From assembly GCF_006345805.1 (NCBI RefSeq), contig NC_043006.1, positions 43,524,001-43,588,000 on the forward strand: a stretch of DNA of 64,000 nucleotides. Reading direction: 5' to 3'. The position numbers were made by a program, and so were the translations under genes. Each line of letters opens with the position of its first letter. Position 1 is the first letter of the stretch. This document shows positions 54,066 through 64,000 of the stretch, in pieces. Under the pieces are notes generated by a model, which was not told the origin of the DNA, did not search any database, and saw only the letters and a program-made list of their open reading frames with translations. Origin of the DNA: Octopus sinensis (Eukaryota).

Positions 54066-54362
54066 GTGGAGGCGCAATGGCCTAGTGGTTAGGGCAGCAG
54101 ACTCGCAGTCGTAGGATCGCGGTTTCGATTCCCAGACCAGGCGTTGTGAGTGTTTATTGAGCGAAAACACCTAAAAGCTCCACGAGGCTCCGGCAGGGGG
54201 TGGTGATCCCTGCTGTACTCTTTCACCACTCTTTCTTCTGTTGGCCTGCTCGCTTAGCCAGCGGGGTGGCGTCATTCGAAGGCTAAAACAATGCGAACGC
54301 ATTGTGACCAGCGATGTGTAACTACATCTGATGGACTGGTCGGTCACGTGATGGTGATGGTC
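54066..54362 (+). mobile_element. Young tRNA-derived SINE (family E) with probable 12-bp TSD
   Basis: A-box TGGCCTAGTGG and B-box-like GGTTTCGATTCC, many CpGs retained. Flanks ATAATACAATGT (54054-54065) and ATAATGCAATGT (54363-54374). Confidence 0.85.
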
Positions 54363-54477
54363 ATAATGCAATGTAACAGGCTGACTCCCACAATGGCTCT
54401 AACTGATTAAAAGCTAAATGAATATGAATCAAGGCATATATGAATAGCGGAATATAGCTATATATGCACATATATAG

Positions 54478-54927
54478 CAGGAGTGGCTGTGTGGTAAGTA
54501 GCTTGCTTACCAACTACATGGTTCTGGGTTCAATCCCACTGCGTGGCACCTTGGGCAAGTGTTTTCTATTTCAGCCTCAGGCCATCCAAAGCCTTGTGAG
54601 TGGATTTGGTAGACGGAAACTGAAAGAAGCCCTATATATATATATATATATAATATATATATATATATATTATATATATATATATACATACCAGCAACAT
54701 AGGTGCTGTGTGGTAAGTAGCTTGCTTACCAACCACATGGTTCTGGGTTCAGTCCCACTGCGTGGCACCTTGAGCAAGTGTTTTCTACTTCAGCCTCAGG
54801 CCATCCAAAGCCTTGTGAGTGGATTTGGTAGACGGAAACTGAAAGAAGACTGTTTATTCAACTAAAGATTCTTTGAGGCAGTGCCTCAGCATGGCCACAG
54901 TCTAATAACTGAAACAAGTATAAAAGG
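54478..54927 (+). mobile_element. SINE family A with a locally duplicated 5' half
   Basis: Copies at 54478-54632 and 54698-54849 share GTGTTTTCTA and TTCAGCCTCAGGCCATCC, which differ from other A copies. One 3' tail remnant follows. Confidence 0.85.
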
Positions 54928-55899
54928 AAAGATATGTATTTATTATATATTATGTATGTCTCAGATGTACTGACACATAAAATTCTTAACTACATCAACA
55001 CTGTGATCCTCAGAAGATAACCAATCACCAGTCCATTAGCTGCATTTTCAATATGCTTTTGACTTGCTTATTGACACTCTCATAGTCTCACCCCTTACAC
55101 ACACACATACGTTTGTGTGCATGTTTGCGTGTAGTCATACAAATCATTATTGACAAACCAATACTGACAAGAAAAATTTCTTTCTAACTGAAATTTAAGT
55201 AAACTCTTGAGCTCTGTTTGTAACACTAAACGTTTTGACACTGTCTATATGAGAAACTTTCAAATTTATCAGAAACTTCTGCTGACAAATAATTAGGCGA
55301 AGAAAAAGAAACGCGATGACAACAAAAGTAGACTCTAATATATTATTCTGAAAGTCATTTATGTTCTTATACTTAGCAGCAGCCAGTAGTGACATGCTGT
55401 TTCTCTGTGATGATGACATAACTAGAATGACAGTTCCAGGGCCTTGCTTCTCACCTACTACATTCACCTCTACTCTCACCATCTCTAACCACCTGTTTAT
55501 TCCCTGCTCATGTTATTATGAAAATAACCTCCACCACTTCACCCAATCTACTGTCTATATTCTCTTTGGTCTTTTTTTTTTTTTTTACTTGTTTCTGTCA
55601 TTAAACTGTGGCCATGCTGGAGTATTGCTTTCAAGAATTTTTAGTTGAATAAATTGACTCTAGTACTTTTTTTCTTTTTCTTTAAATTCAGAAATTGTCA
55701 TTAGTGTGGGAAAGAAATTTATTTAGTGGATGCAAACCCAGGCCTAAAATTATTTTACAAACAAGGTCAATTTTTTCAATCTTGATATCTAAACAAACAC
55801 CATAATAAAATGTGAAAATGTGTGAGTATATGTGTGTATGTGTTTGTGTGTACAAGAGAACTATGTGAAACTTTACATATACATGTAAAGTAAAAAAAA

Positions 55900-56105
55900 A
55901 CAGGAAAAATAATCCCAAATCCTTGTCTGGTATTGGATTGATCCCAAAATCTAATGAGACCCTGCCAGTCACAAGGTCAAACATCCCTGAAAGTTTCATC
56001 TGAATCCATCCAGTGGTTCTTGAGATATTTTGCCCACAGACAAACAAGCAAGCAAACAAACACGACTGAAAACAATACTTCCGCCTTAGCATAGGCGGAA
56101 GTAAT
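55900..56105 (+). mobile_element. Helentron-associated (HINE/DINE-like) element, 3' part
   Basis: ACAA-type microsatellite, then a perfect 11-bp hairpin TACTTCCGCCT-TAGCAT-AGGCGGAAGTA (56076-56103). Homologous to 60676-61030. Confidence 0.7.
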
Positions 56106-56240
56106 TTCGTCTGCCTTTGTTCTGAGTCCAAATTCTGCAAAAGTCGATGAAATAAGTACCAGTTATGCACTGGGGTCGATGTAATCGACTTGTCCTCTTT
56201 CCTCAAATTTTAGGCATTGTGCCTATAGTAGAAAGGATTA
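56106..56240 (+). mobile_element. SINE family B 3' part
   Basis: GTCGATGAAATAAGTACCAG...GTAGAAAGGATT(ATT)n. Confidence 0.75.
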
Positions 56241-56639
56241 TTATTATTATAATTGTGCAGCAATCAACCTAAATCAACATACAGATGGATAGGTACATAG
56301 GTTATATGAACAGACAAGCACACATATGCAAATGGAGACTGAAACACATGACCATATACACACACACTTTATTCTACACAAGGACACATATGGAGACACA
56401 GGTCCACACATATAGAGATGCACATCCATACATACAAACATGGTACATAGTTGCAAAACAGACATGCACACACAAGGAGACAGAGGTGCATACATATACA
56501 AACACATGCGCACACACACACACACATACATAAAAAATACACAAACATGGACATGCAAGCACATGAATATGCAGAATATATACATATGCACACACACACA
56601 TATATACATGCATACATACTGTTGTGTGGACACCCCCAG

Positions 56640-57154
56640 ATGACGATGTAGGCTAGCCCAATATGTAGATATAGAGGGAGAAGTCTAGACATCGAGAGCA
56701 CACTCGTGCAGAGAAGAATTGAGTAGAAGGCATCCAAACGTGCGACATAACAGTGGCAACGAGGATGAGATAGCTCACACAGCCACTGTGTAGTATTGCA
56801 ATATAACAGTGGCAACAAGGATTGCATAATTGACACAGCCACAGTGTAGTATTGTGATATAACACATACATAAATGCACAGGTACACACACACACACTGA
56901 CCCACACATATGCGCACAAACAAACAAAAGGGAATGCAGTGTAAATAACGGACAGAGTCAAGACTATTGAAAAGGTTGCAAGACGCAACGAAAATTTTAG
57001 GAAAGTGAAAATAAGGAATAAGTGGAAATTTTACCGGTGTGTGTGTTAAATTATAAGGCACAAAAAGAAAATGACTCTCTCCAGACACAACAGAATATGC
57101 TTCAACACACAAACTCATATAAAGAATCTTGCAAACCAAATCCAAAAATGAAAT
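56640..57154 (+). mobile_element. Unclassified repeat with two 56-bp internal units and a degenerate HHR-like motif
   Basis: Units at 56747-56802 and 56803-56858; motif at 56964-57000. The 3' 130 bp are shared with the 49.3-kb foldback. Confidence 0.55.
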
Positions 57155-57732
57155 GACAAGTTCAAAAATTTGTTATATTAAACTGCAATCTTTTCAAATT
57201 TTTATGTTTTCTAAACGTTGAAGAGATTTGTTTCAGCATCAATGCTAGTTACTAGATTTACAGATATGTTACATAAGACAACACAATATGTGTGTATCTG
57301 CATGCATGTGTAGGATAGGATTGTAAATATACAAACATATGTATGAATGATTGTATATGTATAAGCACTCTAAGTGCAGAAGCTGAACAAGTGTGATAAT
57401 TACTAAACAATTAGAAGTTGTATTCTAGAGTCGAGAGAATTACAATGATACAGGCTATCAATCCTCTTATGAGAGAGCTGGCTTTATTTTCATTCCATTT
57501 ACTAACAGTATCCATGCAGTTGGTTGCAATGAGCTAGAGAAGATACCGATGAGTGTAGCTATTCAAAAAGTTGGTAATAGATCATGGAAAGCTAACGTCT
57601 TTGGATATGGAATTCAGACTAATAGAGTGGGTTTCAATTAATTTCGACAGAAGTCTGACGTTAATGGTTAAGGAAGGAAGAAGCGTTAGGATTGACATTA
57701 ACTGGAACAAGGAGTTCACCATTGCAAAAGTG

Positions 57733-57777
<45 letters not shown>

Positions 57778-58192
57778 CTTTTCCATCCTTTCTCATCCTA
57801 ATCACATGTTGTTACAGATAAGTGTCTGCCAGATTTATCCCCGACATCATTTATCAGAGATACTGTCATTAAGCTGAAATCACCATCAATACAGTCATGC
57901 GACTAAACATGCCGGACTGGATGGGGTGGCAGTGATGCAAGAGTATGAAGTGGCAAGGCAATGGCAACGGCAGTGATGGTGGTGTGCACTTATAAGGCAC
58001 AACAACAACAACAACAAAATTAATGATAATGATGCTGATGATGATGATGATAGGAAGGCATTGATGGGAGTAGTTATTTATCTAGTTCTCCCACCTGAAA
58101 TCAGCAGAGTCCAACAGACTGACTGATTGACACAGGCTGAGAAGAGACAATATAATTCCATCTCCCCTGCGACCCACCCTCACAAACACTCT

Positions 58193-58224
<32 letters not shown>

Positions 58225-58420
58225 GACTCAGCCGCCCAAATACTGATAATGTGGCAATAATACAATCAACTCCTCCCACGGATGCTCGCCACCCCCACCC
58301 AACCCTGCCACCTATCATTTACAGTAGGCTCAGGTGTGATGGTGGCAGCAGTGGTGCCGATGCCAGTGGTTAATGGCGGTAAGAAGGTGAGGTGAGATGG
58401 GGGATGGAGAGGAGGTTCTT

Positions 58421-58470
<50 letters not shown>

Positions 58471-58899
58471 CCCGCCACCAACCATCAATTTTATTTTAAA
58501 AACAAAAACAATACAGAACACAACAGAACAAGCAAGCAACAACCAATAAATAAATAAAATATACGAAACAAAAAACAAAACAAAAGAATAAAAGATCAGA
58601 GAGGAGGCAATTTAAACAGCATTAACACAATGCAAGGGAGACATTACACCTCGTGAGGTTCTGCTCTGGGGTGCAATAGAAACAGCAGCTGCACTATTAT
58701 TCTTTAACTCCAATTTGCTCTGATGGATTTAAACTTACAGCTGCTACAACAATTAGTCTTCATCACTACTTCATCACTATTTGTGGTTGGTGATGATAAT
58801 GATAATGATAACGATGATGATGGTTTTTCAAAGATAATTCTATATTTACTTTATGTTGTTCATCAATACAAATGCTGATATATATATATTACATACATA

Positions 58900-59530
58900 C
58901 ACACACACAAAACTGCTACCACCTCTGTCGCCACCATCATTGCCACTTCTATCACCACCACCATCATCACCATCTCCATCGCCATCACCCCCACCACCAG
59001 CCCCTATCACAACAACTACCATTACCACCACTGGCATCTCAAACCATTACTATTACCAGCACCACCACCACCACCTCTCCAAATCCTATAAACTAATGCT
59101 ACTGCCACAACAACCACCCATCATAACACTCACCATTGCCACTGCTGGCAACATTACCACCACCATCTTCACTACCACTCTTACCACCACCACCTCCACT
59201 ACCATCATCATCACCACCTCCACCCCATCACAATAACTACCATTGCCACTGCTGGTATCTCCAACCATTATTACTACTAGCACCACCACCACCACCACCA
59301 CTCCAAATCCTATAAACTAATGCAACTACCAAAACAACCAACCATCACAACACTCTCCATTGCCACTGCTGTCAACACCACCACCACCAATACCACTCCA
59401 AACACACTATAAACTTCTACTGCTTGCTACCCCTTCTACAAACACCTCCCTCTTCTCACCCATACCATCCAAACACAACAACCTGCTGCAAGCATCATCC
59501 CTACCACCAACACCATCTCCACCACCCCAT
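58900..59530. repeat. Degenerate (CAC)n-rich low-complexity tract with a ~224-bp internal duplication
   Basis: CCAAATCCTATAAACTAATGC recurs at about 59079 and 59303 with homologous flanks. Confidence 0.85.
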
Positions 59531-60675
59531 ACACACACAAGTTATTCTTACCCATTTACCCATATATTATTAATCTTATTTATTTAGTCTTTCTACTTAA
59601 ATTTCTATTAATTGTATTATGTCCACTAATTCATTGGCACTCTTCTGGTTCCTTTTAATCCAGTCCAGCAGCATCAAGCCAAACGAGGCAATAGACATTA
59701 ATAAGAGGTAATCAAAGACGCAAGTAAATATTTAATAGCAAGCACAACATAATCCTTCGTCTATCTCTCTCTCTCTCTCGATGTGTCTCTCTATCTATCT
59801 ATCTAATTTCTTTCTCGCTCTCTCTCACATATGTTCTTCTATCCAACCACTGACTTTCGACCATCCAAACAACCTCATCTAGTTGTTCCTATCTGTTAGC
59901 CAAGAGAAGCTGGAAAGAGCATGAAGACTACATATATATACAAATATGTATATATGTATGTATGGATGGATGGATGGATATTTACACATGCACAAAGTAG
60001 TATGTGTGGTGGGGGTATGGATATTGCGTTTACACAGCATAAATGAGAATACCTGAAACACATAATGCTGGTAAATCTAGTTATTTATTTGAAAGCCTTT
60101 GGCTGAGGAGATTCCAGACAATGTGAAGACATCCTATTGTTCTCTTAAGGAAACAAATCGCCATACAAATCTGTTCTGGTGATGACTACCTCTGATCAGA
60201 CACACACGCACACATACACACACACTCTCTCTCTCTCTCACTTTGTACCCTGCCACACACACACAACAGGGGTGTGTGTGTATGTGTGTTTAAAATTCTA
60301 TCAAATAATACAATCATTCTTGCAAATATTTGATACATAAATACTTCAAACAGCCTTGGGCTATTTCAATGCTTTGTAAATGAAACTGGTAGATGGAAAC
60401 TGTAAGGATGCTCATTGTGTGTGCGTATAAAGGTAAACACAGACAGAATCTACAATTGGCATTGCCTTTCCTGAAAAGTAACCTTAGCAGCCTCTTCATT
60501 GCTGGCACCGGCTCATCTAAAGAACAACCAAAGCAAATCATAACTCGGCTAAAGTCATCCCAGTATTTGTCCTCTATTGTAAAACATAGGTAATCCTTCC
60601 TACAAATGGAAATAGAAACACAATATCATAGTTAAATTCTATATTAAAAATAATAATAATAATAATAGTAATAAC

Positions 60676-61030
60676 AACAAGAGCACTCAGAGAACGCAAA
60701 CCTCTGCCAAGGCAACACCAATATCCTCTCAACGATAAGCCAGAAATGATTTTTAAAATGGGAATATCTAAAATAAACTTGACTGCTCTCACAAACGAGA
60801 ATACTAAAAATGAACCCAACCGCTCTCAAAAATTAAGTAAAAACACAAGAAAAATAATCCAGAATCCTTGTCCAGTACCAGATCAATCTCAAAATCTAAT
60901 CAGTTCATGCCAGTTACAAGGCAAAACATGACTGAAAATTTCATCTGAATCCATCCAGCAGTTCTTGAGATATCTTGTCCATGGACAAACAAACAAACAC
61001 AACTGAAAACAATACCACTACCTTTGCTAA
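60676..61030 (+). mobile_element. Helentron-associated (HINE-like) element
   Basis: 5' AACAAGAGCACTCAGAGAACGCAAACCTCTGCCAAGGC, ACAA repeats near the 3' end, and a decayed terminal hairpin. Aligns with 55900-56105. Confidence 0.65.
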
Positions 61031-61492
61031 TAATAATAATAATAATAATATAATAATAATAATAATATAATAATAATAAAAGAGGCTAAACACATATATC
61101 AACATGGCCCAGTTTGTAACTGCTATAAATATTTCATTCTTTCTTTAAGCTTTCATCCATTATTTCTTGTGACCATAGAAGCAGGGCCTTCTCTAAGCCC
61201 CTGTTAAGATCAAAGTACATAGACAAGTCATCAATTTACTTTGGTTAAGACGTTGAACAAGAATTAAACTATTTGTAATAGACCTAAGTAAATTTAACTT
61301 GTACTTTTAAAGATGTTCCGCAGGATAACATGAAGTATTGAACTTTATTCAGTTAGAATAAAATAAAATATAGCTATGAATAAAAGGTGCATAGATTATG
61401 AATTTTGATTGAAGGGATGGGGCCTTGAAACAAAAAGTTGCAGGGGGGCCTCTAAAAGTCGCACAATGGAGCTGCATAGAAGGGATATTAGA

Positions 61493-61800
61493 GAAGGTGC
61501 ATGGCATAGTGGTTAGGATATTCGGCTCGCAATCATAAGACCATGAGTTCAATTCCCAGTGGTGCATTGTGTCCTTGAATAAAACACTTTATTTCACATT
61601 GCTCCAGTCCACTCGGCTGGCAAAAATGCAGAGAACCTGTATTTCAAAAGGCCCATCTTATCAAATGCCACGCTGAATCTCCCTGAGGGCATGCATGTCT
61701 GTGGAGTACTCAGCTACTTGCTTATTAATTTCATGAACAGACAGTTCCATTGATCAGATCAATTGGAACCCCTGTCATCATAACTGACCAAGTGCCAGTT
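61493..61800 (+). mobile_element. tRNA-derived SINE family D
   Basis: A-box TGGCATAGTGG, B-box GAGTTCAATTCC, central GTGTCCTTGAATAAAACAC...TTGCTCCAGTCCACTC. Confidence 0.8.
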
Positions 61801-62037
61801 ACAAGGAATATTTTTGATAAATTAGAATTTCTAGAAATGAATTGTTGCTTCAAGTAAATTTTACTATCTGGTGTCCTTGCCACTATTGAGTAGACTAGCA
61901 CAAAGCACAATATATTCTTAGATAGACTTCACCCAGAAGAGAAAATCAAAATGGTTACAATCATCATCAGCATAGTTTTAATATCTACTTTTCAATGCTA
62001 ACACAAGCTGGTCACACACGGACACACACACACGTGA

Positions 62038-62407
62038 TAGATTTCCACACAGTTTCTGTCTACCAAATTCATTCACAAGGTATTGGTCAGTCCAGAGCTA
62101 TAATAGAAGACACTTGCTTAAGGTGCTGCACAATGGTCAGTCTAATAGATAAAAAAAAATAGAGCACAAATACATTGATGGTTTATACTTCAGGCTTTGG
62201 TGCCTTTATTAAAAGTCAAAAAAGACTTGAATGATACTGGGGTCGTATATTTTAAAGAAATCCCACAAACAGGCATGGTCATGTGGTTAAGAAGCTAGAT
62301 TTGCAGCTGTGTGGTTTCAGGTTCAATTCCACTATGTGGCTCCTTGGGCCAACAAATTCCTTCTTGTGAGTGAATTTGGTTGACAGAAACTGTGTAGAAG
62401 CATGTCT

Positions 62408-62486
<79 letters not shown>

Positions 62487-62712
62487 CAAAGGAATTCCAA
62501 CTCTGTTTTTTATGTTTTATTTATATTCTTATAATATTGATATATAATATATAATAAGAAAGAAATGAAATGAAATATTGATTGTCTTATTGAACAAATG
62601 AAATATTGAAAATTAAATATTAAATGTCTATTCTCATTGAACTAGTATACTTTCTTGCATTTAAGCATTCATCAGGTTCAGATTGTGACAGGAACGCTTA
62701 TACATATATATG

Positions 62713-62752
<40 letters not shown>

Positions 62753-62895
62753 GACACACAAACACACACACACAGTGGACTTCCATACAGTTTCTGTCTA
62801 CCAAAATCACTAAGAAGGCATTGGTCAGCCCAGGTTTATAGTAGAAGACATTTGCCCAAGGTGCTGCACAATGGGGTCAGAAATACAAAAACCAA
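62038..62895. mobile_element. Three SINE family A fragments (62038-62136 minus, 62268-62403 plus, 62777-62895 minus)
   Basis: Each matches the CORE-like/GGTAGACGGAAACTG segment of family A. Confidence 0.75.
62638..62680 (-). ncRNA. Minimal type I hammerhead ribozyme with intact catalytic core
   Basis: Minus strand: UGAAC-CUGAUGA-AUGC(UUAAAU)GCAA-GAAA-G(UAUA)C-UA-GUUCA. Stem I is 5 bp, the core is canonical, stem III is the palindrome AGUAUACU and the cleavage triplet is CUA. The stem II closing pair is an A-A mismatch. Confidence 0.8.
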
Positions 62896-64000
62896 GTGGT
62901 GCTTTTCTTAATAATAAAAGAGAGAAAATAAAGAAAAGAAAGAAAAGAAACTCGAACTAAAATTCCCCTTTATGGGTTTTGAACTCATGACTACTGTTAG
63001 GAAAATAAACTGAGAGAAGCTTTTCGTTTTTAGTTCATGAGTCAAAGACAAAATGTTCAAAAATAAACAATAGAAGGGAAAATAAATTTAAAAAAAAAAA
63101 AATCGACCGATTGATTTATTGATGAGCAGGGAGTTTCGAATGGAGAAAACAGCACAGCTGATTGGTAAGTAAGTATTCATTAGTTCACAGAGCACTGGTA
63201 AATCAAAGTTAACTACATATGACTTGCGGATAACAGTTGACCGAGCACTGCTTATTATAGTCTTTCTGCGTATTCAACTAGTTAGTTACAGTAGAAAAAT
63301 GTCAACGGTTTTGGCTTTAATCACCTGAATTACCTAGTCTTGTTTTACTGTTTTCTTTTAGCAAAGTGGATGGCTTTGAAATGACAACAACTTTTATTAT
63401 TAATCAGACATCTACTGAAAATACCTTTCAGAAGAGAACGGATATAATAATGATATCTCATGTCATCTTAATAATAGTACCATCTTTGTTAGGAAAAGAC
63501 AAGCAAGTAATTAGGAGTTCATTTACATTCTTCCTACCCCTGCCGCCGCTGCCTCAGCCACTACTAATTACACATAAGACCGGTGGGGAAGGGGGTTTGG
63601 TTTCTAATGGGAAGGGGATGTAGTTGTGTAGTTGACTGAACCAACCTCAGTGTATTGTTTGTACTTAATTTTAACGATCCACTAACGAACGAAAGACAAA
63701 TATATGATTGGGAAGATATGAGATCTGAATGATGAGGCTTGAACTTTTCAGTCTGGCACTCAACCAATTCGCTATTTTACTGGCTCTGCTACTATGATAA
63801 AAATAATTTCTTATTTGGTACAAGGTCTTTAAAGGAGTGGAGGTTAACAAGAAAGGATAAAAAATTAAAAAAATTATTTCAACCAATATAAAATGAAATA
63901 AAACAGTACATCAGAAATAAGTGATAGTTACTCTCTTTTCTTTTAATCCTCAGAATAGTAAGTTATGTTGTCATCCCAGCAGTACTGATGGGAATTGAAA

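Noticed and set aside
54068-54140. Possible tRNA gene
   Set aside because: It has A and B boxes but no closing acceptor stem, and it continues into a SINE body flanked by a probable TSD.
56747-56863. CRISPR-like repeat-spacer array
   Set aside because: Only two diverged units with homologous 'spacers', in eukaryotic DNA with no cas genes.
58326-58378. Symmetric 54-nt plus-strand exon with a GTAAGA donor
   Set aside because: The sequence is a degenerate GTG/GCA repeat with a low-complexity peptide, so chance is likely.
60430-60590. Protein-like open frames on both strands
   Set aside because: No recognisable homology, weak splice signals, and the ORF start lies in a SINE remnant.

Overview
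AT-rich, repeat-saturated animal genomic DNA. I infer an octopus (Octopodidae) from the tRNA-derived SINE families and the very high (TA)n/(CA)n/(TAA)n/(GA)n load. No recognisable full protein-coding gene, rRNA, true tRNA gene or CRISPR array is present. Nearly all supplied ORFs are translations of microsatellites or SINEs, so the window reads as a large intron or intergenic block. It has at most a few short minus-strand exon candidates, the best being a 66-nt phase 0-0 exon at 28362-28427. Repeats seen: a CORE-like SINE with an internal microsatellite (about 13 copies), a second SINE that consistently sits in (ATT)n tracts (over 12 copies), two other tRNA-headed SINEs, 3' fragments of R4/Dong-like retrotransposons in (TAA)n, mariner-, piggyBac- and hAT-type MITEs, a non-autonomous Helitron and two Helentron/HINE-like elements. 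There is also a near-perfect 970-bp tandem duplication. The most interesting signal is a set of short, mutually unrelated elements, most of them embedded in (TA)n or (TAA)n, that carry minimal type I hammerhead ribozyme (HHR) folds. One has an intact catalytic core (62638-62680, minus), one has three formable helices but a variant CCGGUGG core (10593-10653), one sits at the apex of a ~75-bp inverted repeat (40526-40720), and several are decayed. Several related elements form head-to-head foldback pairs. The pattern fits Penelope-like element (PLE) remnants. All coordinates, alignments and folds were done by eye (expect errors of a few bp). Family names come from motif resemblance, not database searches.
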